The notes under the pieces are model-generated. The model was not told the DNA's origin. It saw only the letters and a program-made list of their open reading frames with translations, and did no database searches. A program made the translations under genes and the position numbers. This document shows positions 8,771-20,700 of a stretch of 64,000 nucleotides of DNA, piece by piece. Numbering within the stretch: position 1 is the stretch's first letter; each line of letters starts with the position of its first letter. Source of the stretch: Amphiscolops sp. MND2022 (Eukaryota); assembly GCA_964187785.1 (NCBI GenBank), contig OZ076409.1, positions 66,280,001 to 66,344,000 of the forward strand, given 5' to 3'.

Positions 8771-11700
8771 ATTTTGCCAAAAGAGGCGAAGATACAGACT
8801 CTAGAAACGATCTCTAGAAGTATGATCTCGGACTTCGATCATTCTTTTTTCATCATTTGCCTTGTGGCCTTGATTGACAAAACTACTATTGAAGAGTGTG
8901 TGCCTGAACATTGAATAATAAATGAAGACTGAGGAACCCAGCTGTTTTTCGGAAGTACACGACTCACATACAGTAGAGATCATTGAGAAACGACGTCTCT
9001 TAAAGAGTTCGGATGGGCAACTAAATGTATATGGTATTAACACATCATCAGAGAACAAGCTCAGCAAGCAATCGTGTCTAGAAACGCAGCACTGCCGATG
9101 ATGTCGGCAGTGTCACTTTGAGATCAATATACATCCAATATTCAAGCAACGCACAGTCATTCTATACCAGACAGTGCTTTAAATACTTTACTATGTGAAG
9201 TTTTTTGTCATCAGTTGCAGGGTTCGATAGATGCGAAGCCCTCAGATAGCTGCCTGGTCTATGTAAACCAAGGAGTACGAAGCAATCACCAACGTCATCG
9301 AAGGTTTCCCCTCATAACATCTTCATGATCTGACCAGGCACCCATCTGTCATCAACGGGCTGATGAAAGTCATCAATTTTGCCAAAAGAGGCGAAGATGC
9401 AGACTCTAGAAATGATCTCTAGAAGTATGATCTTGAACTTCGATCATTTTTTTCATCATTTGCCTTGTGGCATCGAGAAAAATTACCAATAAAGAGAGTG
9501 TGCCTGAACAGTGAATAGGAAAATGAAGGCTGAAGAACCCAGCTGTTTTTCGAAAGTGCACGACTCACATACAGTAGAGATCATTGAGGAACGCCGTCTC
9601 TCAAAGTGTTCATATGGGCAACTAAATGCATGTTATTAACACATCATCAGAGAACAAGCTCAGCAAGCATACGAGTCTAGAAAAGCAGCACTGCCGATGG
9701 TGTCGGCAGTGTCACGTTGAGATCAATTTACATCCAACATTCCAAAAGTCTGAAGCAACGCACAGTCATTCTATACCCGACAGTGCTTTACTATCAGAAG
9801 TTTTTCATCATCAATTGCAGAGTTCAATAGATGCGAAGCCCTCAGATAGCTGCCTGGTCTATGTACTCCAAGGAGTACGAAGCAATCATCAACGTCATCG
9901 AAGGTTTCCCCTCATGACATCTTCATGCTCTGACCAGACATCCATCTATCATCATCGGGCTGATGAAAGTCATCAATTTTGCCAAAAGAGGCGAAGATGC
10001 AGACTCTAGAAATGATCTCTAGAAGTATGATTTTGAACTTCGATCATTCATTTTTCATCATTTGCCTTGTGGCATTGACAAAAGTACTATTAAAGAGAGT
10101 GTGCCAGAACATTGAATATTAAAATGAAGACCGAGGAACCCAGCTGTTTTTCGAAAGTGCACGACTCACATACAGTAGGGATCATTGAGGAACGACGTCT
10201 CTCAAAGTGTTCATATGGGCAACTAAATGCATGTTATTAACACATCATCAGAGAACAAGCTCAGCAAGCATACGAGTCTAGAAAAGCAGCACTGCCGATG
10301 GTGTCGGCAGTGTCACGTTGAGATCAATTTACATCCAACATTCCAAAAGTCTGAAGCAACGCACAGTCATTCTATACCCGACAGTGCTTTACTATCAGAA
10401 GTTTTTCATCATCAATTGCAGAGTTCAATAGATGCGAAGCCCTCAGATAGCTGCCTGGTCTATGTACTCCAAGGAGTACGAAGCAATCATCAACGACATC
10501 GAAGGTTTCCCCTCATGACATCTTCATGCTCTGACCAGACACCTATCTGTCATCTTCGGGCTGATGAAAGTCATCAATTTTGCCAGAAGAAGCGAAGATG
10601 CAAACTCTAGAAATGATCTCTAGGAGTATGATCTTGAACTTCGATCATTCATTTTTCATCATTTGCATGGTGGCATTGACAAAAGTACTATTAAAGAGAG
10701 TGTGCCTGAACATTGAATATTAAAATGAAGACCGAGGAACCCAGCTGTTTTTCGAAAGTGCACGACTCACATACAGTAGAGATCATTGAGGAACGACGTC
10801 TCTCGAAGTGTTCAGATGGGCAACTAAATCCATATGTTTTTAACACATCATCAGAGAACAAGCTCAGCAAGCATTCGTGTCTAGAAAAGCAGCTTTGCCA
10901 ATGATGTCGGCAGTGTCACGTTGAGATCAGTTTACATCCAACATTCCAAAAGTCCGAAGCAACGCACAGTCATTCTATACCCGACAGTGCTTTAACTACT
11001 TTACTATCAGAAGTTTTTCATCATCAATTGCAGAGTTCAATAGATGCGAAGCCCTCAGATAGCTGCCTGGTCTGTGTACTCCAAGGAGTACGAAGCAATC
11101 ATCAACGTCATCGAAGGTTTCCCCTCATGACATCTTCATGCTCTGACCAGACATCCATCTATCATCATCGGGCTGATGAAAGTCATCAATTTTGCCAAAA
11201 GAGGCGAAGATGCAGACTCTAGAAATGATCTCTAGAAGTATGATCTTGAACTTCGATCATTCATTTTTCATCATTTGCCTTGTGGCATTGACAAAAGTAC
11301 TATTAAAGAGAGTGTGCCAGAACATTGAATATTAAAATGAAGACCGAGGAACCCAGCTGTTTTTCGAAAGTGCACGACTCACATACAGTAGGGATCATTG
11401 AGGAACGACGTCTCTCAAAGAGTTCAGGTGAGCAACTAAATGCATTTGTTATTGACACATCATCAGAGAACAAGCTCGGCAAGCATTCGTGTCTAGAAAA
11501 GCAGCACTGCCGATGATGTCGGCAGTGTCACGTTGAGATCAGTTTACATCCAACATTCCAAAAGTCTGAAGCAACGCACAGTCATTCTATACCCGACTGT
11601 GCTTTAACTACTTTACTATCAGAAGTTTTTCATCATCAGTTGCAGAGTTCAATACATGCGAAGCCCTCAGATAGCTGCCTGGTCTGTGTACTCCAAGGAG

Positions 11701-14700
11701 TGCGAAGCAATCATCAACGTCATCGAAGGTTTCCCCTCATGACATCTTCATGCTCTGACCGGACATCCATCTATCATCATCGGGCTGATGAAAGTCATCA
11801 ATTTTGTCAAAAGAGGCGAAGATGCAGACTCTAGAAATGATCTCTAGAAGTATGATCTTGAACTTCGATCATTCATTTTTCATCATTTTTTCTTGTGGCA
11901 TTGACAAAAGTACTATTAAAGAGAGTGTGCCTGAACATTGAATATTAAAATGAAGACCGAGGAACCCAGCTGTTTTTCGAAAGTGCACGACTCACATACA
12001 GTAGAGATCATTGAGGAACGACGTCTCTCGAAGTGTTCAGATGGGCAACTAAATCCATATGTTTTTAACACATCATCAGAGAACAAGCTCAGCAAGCATT
12101 CGTGTCTAGAAAAGCAGCTTTGCCGATGATGTCGACAGTGTCACGTTGAGATCAGTTTACATCCAACATTCCAAAAGTCCGAAGCAACGCACAGTCATTC
12201 TATACCCGACAGTGCTTTAACTTATTTACTATCAGAAGTTTTTCATCATCAATTGCAGAGTTCAATAGATGCGAAGCCCTCAGATAGCTGCCTGGTCTGT
12301 GTACTCCAAGGAGTACGAAGCAATCATCAACGTCATCGAAGGTTTCCCCTCATGACATCTTCATGCTCTGACCAGACATCCATCTATCATCATCGGGCTG
12401 ATGAAAGTCATCAATTTTGCCAAAAGAGGCGAAGATGCAGACTCTAGAAATGATCTCTAGAAGTATGATCTTGAACTTCGATCATTCATTTTTCATCATT
12501 TGCCTTGTGGCATTGACAAAAGTACTATTAAAGAGAGTGTGCCAGAACATTGAATATTAAAATGAAGACCGAGGAACCCAGCTGTTTTTCGAAAGTGCAC
12601 GACTCACATACAGTAGGGATCATTGAGGAACGACATCTCTCAAAGAGTTCAGGTGAGCAACTAAATGCATATGTTATTGACACATCATCAGAGAACAAGC
12701 TCAGCAAGTATTCGTGTCTAGAAAAGCAGCACTGCCAATGATGTCGGCAGTGTCACGTTGAGATCAGTTTACATCCAACATTCCAAAAGTCTGAAGCAAC
12801 GCACAGTCATTCTATACCCGACTGTGCTTTAACTACTTTACTATCAGAAGTTTTTCATCATCAGTTGCAGAGTTCAATAGATGCGAAGCCCTCAGATAGC
12901 TGCCTGGTCTGTGTACTCCAAGGAGTGCGAAGCAATCATCAACGTCATCGAAGGTTTCCCCTCATGACATCTTCATGCTCTGACCGGACATCCATCTATC
13001 ATCATCGGGCTGATGAAAGTCATCAATTTTGTCAAAAGAGGCGAAGATGCAGACTCTAGAAATGATCTCTAGAAGTATGATCTTGAACTTCGATCATTCA
13101 TTTTTCATCATTTTTTCTTGTGGCATTGACAAAAGTACTATTAAAGAGAGTGTGCCTGAACATTGAATATTAAAATGAAGACCGAGGAACCCAGCTGTTT
13201 TTCGAAAGTGCACGACTCACATACAGTAGAGATCATTGAGGAACGACGTCTCTCGAAGTGTTCAGATGGGCAACTAAATCCATATGTTTTTAACACATCA
13301 TCAGAGAACAAGCTCAGCAAGCATTCGTGTCTAGAAAAGCAGCTTTGCCGATGATGTCGACAGTGTCACGTTGAGATCAGTTTACATCCAACATTCCAAA
13401 AGTCCGAAGCAACGCACAGTCATTCTATACCCGACAGTGCTTTAACTACTTTACTATCAGAAGTTTTTCATCATCAATTGCAGAGTTCAATAGATGCGAA
13501 GCCCTCAGATAGCTGCCTGGTCTGTGTACTCCAAGGAGTACGAAGCAATCATCAACGTCATCGAAGGTTTCCCCTCATGACATCTTCATGCTCTGACCAG
13601 ACATCCATCTATCATCATCGGGCTGATGAAAGTCATCAATTTTGCCAAAAGAGGCGAAGATGCAGACTCTAGAAATGATCTCTAGAAGTATGATCTTGAA
13701 CTTCGATCATTCATTTTTCATCATTTGCCTTGTGGCATTGACAAAAGTACTATTAAAGAGAGTGTGCCAGAACATTGAATATTAAAATGAAGACCGAGGA
13801 ACCCAGCTGTTTTTCGAAAGTGCACGACTCACATACAGTAGGGATCATTGAGGAACGACGTCTCTCAAAGAGTTCAGGTGAGCAACTAAATGCATTTGTT
13901 ATTGACACATCATCAGAGAACAAGCTCGGCAAGCATTCGTGTCTAGAAAAGCAGCACTGCCGATGATGTCGGCAGTGTCACGTTGAGATCAGTTTACATC
14001 CAACATTCCAAAAGTCTGAAGCAACGCACAGTCATTCTATACCCGACTGTGCTTTAACTACTTTACTATCAGAAGTTTTTCATCATCAGTTGCAGAGTTC
14101 AATACATGCGAAGCCCTCAGATAGCTGCCTGGTCTGTGTACTCCAAGGAGTGCGAAGCAATCATCAACGTCATCGAAGGTTTCCCCTCATGACATCTTCA
14201 TGCTCTGACCGGACATCCATCTATCATCATCGGGCTGATGAAAGTCATCAATTTTGTCAAAAGAGGCGAAGATGCAGACTCTAGAAATGATCTCTAGAAG
14301 TATGATCTTGAACTTCGATCATTCATTTTTCATCATTTTTTCTTGTGGCATTGACAAAAGTACTATTAAAGAGAGTGTGCCTGAACATTGAATATTAAAA
14401 TGAAGACCGAGGAACCCAGCTGTTTTTCGAAAGTGCACGACTCACATACAGTAGAGATCATTGAGGAACGACGTCTCTCGAAGTGTTCAGATGGGCAACT
14501 AAATCCATATGTTTTTAACACATCATCAGAGAACAAGCTCAGCAAGCATTCGTGTCTAGAAAAGCAGCTTTGCCGATGATGTCGACAGTGTCACGTTGAG
14601 ATCAGTTTACATCCAACATTCCAAAAGTCCGAAGCAACGCACAGTCATTCTATACCCGACAGTGCTTTAACTTATTTACTATCAGAAGTTTTTCATCATC

Positions 14701-17700
14701 AATTGCAGAGTTCAATAGATGCGAAGCCCTCAGATAGCTGCCTGGTCTGTGTACTCCAAGGAGTACGAAGCAATCATCAACGTCATCGAAGGTTTCCCCT
14801 CATGACATCTTCATGCTCTGACCAGACATCCATCTATCATCATCGGGCTGATGAAAGTCATCAATTTTGCCAAAAGAGGCGAAGATGCAGACTCTAGAAA
14901 TGATCTCTAGAAGTATGATCTTGAACTTCGATCATTCATTTTTCATCATTTGCCTTGTGGCATTGACAAAAGTACTATTAAAGAGAGTGTGCCAGAACAT
15001 TGAATATTAAAATGAAGACCGAGGAACCCAGCTGTTTTTCGAAAGTGCACGACTCACATACAGTAGGGATCATTGAGGAACGACGTCTCTCAAAGAGTTC
15101 AGGTGAGCAACTAAATGCATTTGTTATTGACACATCATCAGAGAACAAGCTCGGCAAGCATTCGTGTCTAGAAAAGCAGCACTGCCGATGATGTCGGCAG
15201 TGTCACGTTGAGATCAGTTTACATCCAACATTCCAAAAGTCTGAAGCAACGCACAGTCATTCTATACCCGACTGTGCTTTAACTACTTTACTATCAGAAG
15301 TTTTTCATCATCAGTTGCAGAGTTCAATACATGCGAAGCCCTCAGATAGCTGCCTGGTCTGTGTACTCCAAGGAGTGCGAAGCAATCATCAACGTCATCG
15401 AAGGTTTCCCCTCATGACATCTTCATGCTCTGACCAGACATCCATCTATCATCATCGGGCTGATGAAAGTCATCAATTTTGTCAAAAGAGGCGAAGATGC
15501 AGACTCTAGAAATGATCTCTAGAAGTATGATCTTGAACTTCGATCATTCATTTTTCATCATTTTTTCTTGTGGCATTGACAAAAGTACTATTAAAGAGAG
15601 TGTGCCTGAACATTGAATATTAAAATGAAGACCGAGGAACCCAGCTGTTTTTCGAAAGTGCACGACTCACATACAGTAGAGATCATTGAGGAACGACGTC
15701 TCTCGAAGTGTTCAGATGGGCAACTAAATCCATATGTTTTTAACACATCATCAGAGAACAAGCTCAGCAAGCATTCGTGTCTAGAAAAGCAGCTTTGCCG
15801 ATGATGTCGACAGTGTCACGTTGAGATCAGTTTACATCCAACATTCCAAAAGTCCGAAGCAACGCACAGTCATTCTATACCCGACAGTGCTTTAACTACT
15901 TTACTATCAGAAGTTTTTCATCATCAATTGCAGAGTTCAATAGATGCGAAGCCCTCAGATAGCTGCCTGGTCTGTGTACTCCAAGGAGTACGAAGCAATC
16001 ATCAACGTCATCGAAGGTTTCCCCTCATGACATCTTCATGCTCTGACCAGACATCCATCTATCATCATCGGGCTGATGAAAGTCATCAATTTTGCCAAAA
16101 GAGGCGAAGATGCAGACTCTAGAAATGATCTCTAGAAGTATGATCTTGAACTTCGATCATTCATTTTTCATCATTTGCCTTGTGGCATTGACAAAAGTAC
16201 TATTAAAGAGAGTGTGCCAGAACATTGAATATTAAAATGAAGACCGAGGAACCCAGCTGTTTTTCGAAAGTGCACGACTCACATACAGTAGGGATCATTG
16301 AGGAACGACGTCTCTCAAAGAGTTCAGGTGAGCAACTAAATGCATTTGTTATTGACACATCATCAGAGAACAAGCTCGGCAAGCATTCGTGTCTAGAAAA
16401 GCAGCACTGCCGATGATGTCGGCAGTGTCACGTTGAGATCAGTTTACATCCAACATTCCAAAAGTCTGAAGCAACGCACAGTCATTCTATACCCGACTGT
16501 GCTTTAACTACTTTACTATCAGAAGTTTTTCATCATCAGTTGCAGAGTTCAATACATGCGAAGCCCTCAGATAGCTGCCTGGTCTGTGTACTCCAAGGAG
16601 TGCAAAGCATTCATCAACGTCATCGAAGGTTTCCACTCATGACATCTTCATGCTCTGACCAGACATCCATCTATCATCATCGGGCTGATGAAAGTCATCA
16701 ATTTTGTCAAAAGAGGCGAAGATGCAGACTCTAGAAATGATCTCTAGAAGTATGATCTTGAACTTCGATCATTCATTTTTCATAATTTTTTCTTGTGGCC
16801 ATGACAAAAGTACTATTAAAGAGAGTGTGCCAGAACATTGAATATTAAAATGAAGACCGAGGAACCCAGCTGTTTTTCGAAAGTGCACGACTCACATACA
16901 GTAGGGATCATTGAGGAACGACATCTCTCAAAGAGTTCAGGTGAGCAACTAAATGCATATGTTATTGACACATCATCAGAGAACAAGCTCAGCAAGCATT
17001 CGTGTCTAGAAAAGCAGCACTGCCGATGATGTCGGCAGTGTCATGTTGAGATCAGTTTACATCCAACATTCCAAAAGTCTGAAGCAACGCACAGTCATTC
17101 TATACCCGACTGTGCTTTAACTACTTTACTATCAGAAGTTTTTCATCATCAGTTGCAGAGTTCAATACATGCGAAGCCCTCAGATAGCTGCCTGGTCTGT
17201 GTACTCCAAGGAGTGCGAAGCATTCATCACATTACAGTGCACAGGCAAGCTTTTCGCTGATTTTCGTGGAATCCGGGACACGAAAATTGAGAAAAGTCGT
17301 GGAATCCAGGACAAAATTTCTCTTTGATGTTAAGCGTTTCTTGGATTCCACGACAGTGCTTGTCCTGGATTCCACGCCAACACTGCTGCTATAATGACAC
17401 TTTTGCCGCTGCTCTCTGATTGGTCCGCTGATTTTGAATAATCTTTTTAAATTAATTCAATTTTATATCAAAGGAAATTGTTTTGATTGACACAAAAAAT
17501 CCAAGAAGTACGAATAAAGATACTCGTGACTGGTACCAAAAATGAAGCAAGTCATCAAATAATGGCAGATTGTGATGATCTTGCAGTTTTTTCAAAACTG
17601 GTAATAAACTGAAAAATACAAAAATTTTGTGTGATATTGGTGTGATTGTCTGAATCATTTTGAATTAATATACGAAAAGTAGTGCATAATATCATGTTTG

Positions 17701-20700
17701 TTCAGTCATCCACTTGAATTTAATTCAAACAAGAAATGCCGCGTATCGCGTCCAGCATAAAGTCGTGGAATCCAGGAAATTTACGATTTCTGCAATCTGA
17801 TTGGTTCATTTCGGAAACCTTACGTTTTTGTGGAATCCGGGACACCGCTGCATGCCGACAGTTCGTACAGCTAAGCATATGTTACTGGAATCCAGGACTA
17901 AATCCGTGGAATCCGGGACAAATGACGTAATTTGCCAATTTTGCACGGTTAATGGTATGGTCTTGGAATCCACGATATTGAACGCACTATGCTGCGCTTT
18001 CAGCAAATAAGGCTTGCCTGTGCACTGTAATGCAACGTCATCGAAGGTTTCCCCTCATGACATCTTCATGCTCTGACCAGACATCCATCTATCATCATCG
18101 GGCTGATGAAAGTCATCAATTTTGTCAAAAGAGGCGAAGATGCAGACTCTAGAAATGATCTCTAGAAGTATGATCTTGAACTTCGATCATTCATTTTTCA
18201 TCATTTTTTCTTGTGGCCATGACAAAAGTACTATTAAAGAGAGCGTGCCAGAACATTGAATATTAAAATGAAGACCGAGGAACCCAGCTGTTTTTCGAAA
18301 GTGCACGACTCACATACAGTAGGGATCATTGAGGAACGACATCTCTCAAAGAGTTCAGGTGAGCAACTAAATGCATATGTTATTGACACATCATCAGAGA
18401 ACAAGCTCAGCAAGTATTCGTGTCTAGAAAAGCAGCACTGCCAATGATGTCGGCAGTGTCACGTTGAGATCAGTTTACATCCAACATTCCAAAAGTCTGA
18501 AGCAACGCACAGTCATTCTATACCCGACTGTGCTTTAACTACTTTACTATCAGAAGTTTTTCATCATCAGTTGCAGAGTTCAATAGATGCGAAGCCCTCA
18601 GATAGCTGCCTGGTCTGTGTACTCCAAGTAGTGCGAAGCAATCATCAACGTCATAGAAGGTTTCCCCTCATGACATCTTCATGCTCTGACCAGACATCCA
18701 TCTATCATCATCGGGCTGATGAAAGTCATCAATTTTGCCAAAAGAGGCGAAGATGCAGACTCTAGAAATGATCTCTAGAAGTATGATCTTGAACTTCGAT
18801 CATTCATTTTTCATCATTTGCCTTGTGGCATTGACAAAAGTACTATTAAAGAGAGTGTGCCAGAACATTGAATATTAAAATGAAGACCGAGGAACCCAGC
18901 TGTTTTTCGAAAGTGCACGACTCACACACAGTAGGGATCATTGAGGAACGACGTCTCTCAAAGAGTTCAGGTGAGCAACTAAATGCATTTGTTATTGACA
19001 CATCATCAGAGAACAAGCTCGGCAAGCATTCGTGTCTAGAAAAGCAGCACTGCCGATGATGTCGGCAGTGTCACGTTGAGATCAGTTTACATCCAACATT
19101 CCAAAAGTCTGAAGCAACGCACAGTCATTCTATACCCGACTGTGCTTTAACTACTTTACTATCAGAAGTTTTTCATCATCAGTTGCAGAGTTCAATACAT
19201 GAGAAGCCCTCAGATAGCTGCCTGGTCTGTGTACTCCAAGGAGTGCGAAGCAATCATCAACGTCATCGAAGGTTTCCCCTCATGACATCTTCATGCTCTG
19301 ACCAGACATCCATCTATCATCATCGGGCTGATGAAAGTCATCAATTTTGCCAAAAGAGGCGAAGATGCAGACTCTAGAAATGATCTCTAGAAGTATGATC
19401 TTGAACTTCGATCATTCATTTTTCATCAATTTTTCTTGTGGCATTGACAAAAGTACTATTAAAGAGAGTGTGCCAGAACATTGAATATTAAAATGAAGAC
19501 CGAGGAACCCAGCTGTTTTTCGAAAGTGCACGACTCACATACAGTAGGGATCATTGAGGAACGACGTCTCTCAAAGAGTTCAGGTGAGCAACTAAATGCA
19601 TTTGTTATTGACACATCATCAGAGAACAAGCTCGGCAAGCATTCGTGTCTAGAAAAGCAGCACTGCCGATGATGTCGGCAGTGTCACGTTGAGATCAGTT
19701 TACATCCAACATTCCAAAAGTCTGAAGCAACGCACAGTCATTCTATACGCGACTGTGCTTTAACTACTTTACTATCAGAAGTTTTTCATCATCAGTTGCA
19801 GAGTTCAATACATGCGAAGCCCTCAGATAGCTGCCTGGTCTGTGTACTCCAAGGAGTGCGAAGCAATCATCAACGTCATCGAAGGTTTCCCCTCATGACA
19901 TCTTCATGCTCTGACCAGACACCCATCTGTCATCTTCGGGCTGATGAATTTCATCAATTTCACCACAAGAGGCGAAGATGCAGACTCTAGAAATGATCTC
20001 TAGAAGTATGATCTTAAACTTCGATCATTCCTTTCTCATCATTTGCCTTGTGGCATTGACAAAAGTATTAATAAAGAGAGTGTACCTGAACATTGAATAT
20101 TAAAATGAAGACCGAGGAACCCTGCTGTTTTTCGAAAGTGCACGACTCACATACAGTAGAGATCATTGAGGAACGACGTCTCTCAAAGAGTTCAGATGAG
20201 CAACTAAATGCATATGTTATTGACACATCATCAGAGAACAAGCTCAGCAAGCATTCGTGTCTAGAAAAGCAGCACTGCCGATGATGTCGGCAGTGTCACG
20301 TTGAGATCAGTTTACATCCAACATTCCAAAAGTCTGAAGCAACGCACAGTCATTCTATACCCGACAGTGCTTTAACTACTTTACTATCAGAAGTTTTTCA
20401 TCATCAGTTGCAGAGTTCAATAGATGCGAAGCCCTCAGATAGCTGCCTGGTCTATGTACTCCAAGGAGTACGAAGCAATCATCAACGTCATCGAAGGTTT
20501 CCCCTCATGACATCTTCATGCTCTGACCAGACACCCATCTGTCATCTTCGGGCTGATGAATTTCATCAATTTCACCACAAGAGGCGAAGTTGCAGACTCT
20601 AGAAATGATCTCTAGAAGTATGATCTTGAACTTCGATCATTCCTTTTTCATCATTTGCCTTGTGGAATTGACAAAACGATTAATAAAGAGAGTGTGCCTG

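Noticed and set aside
11170..11215. Hammerhead ribozyme, C/D snoRNA or Sm-site snRNA in the monomer (CTGATGA, AATTTTG)
   Set aside because: CTGATGA is not followed by stem II + GAAA (GAAG instead); the Sm-like word is mutated in several units; no convincing box C/D terminal stem.
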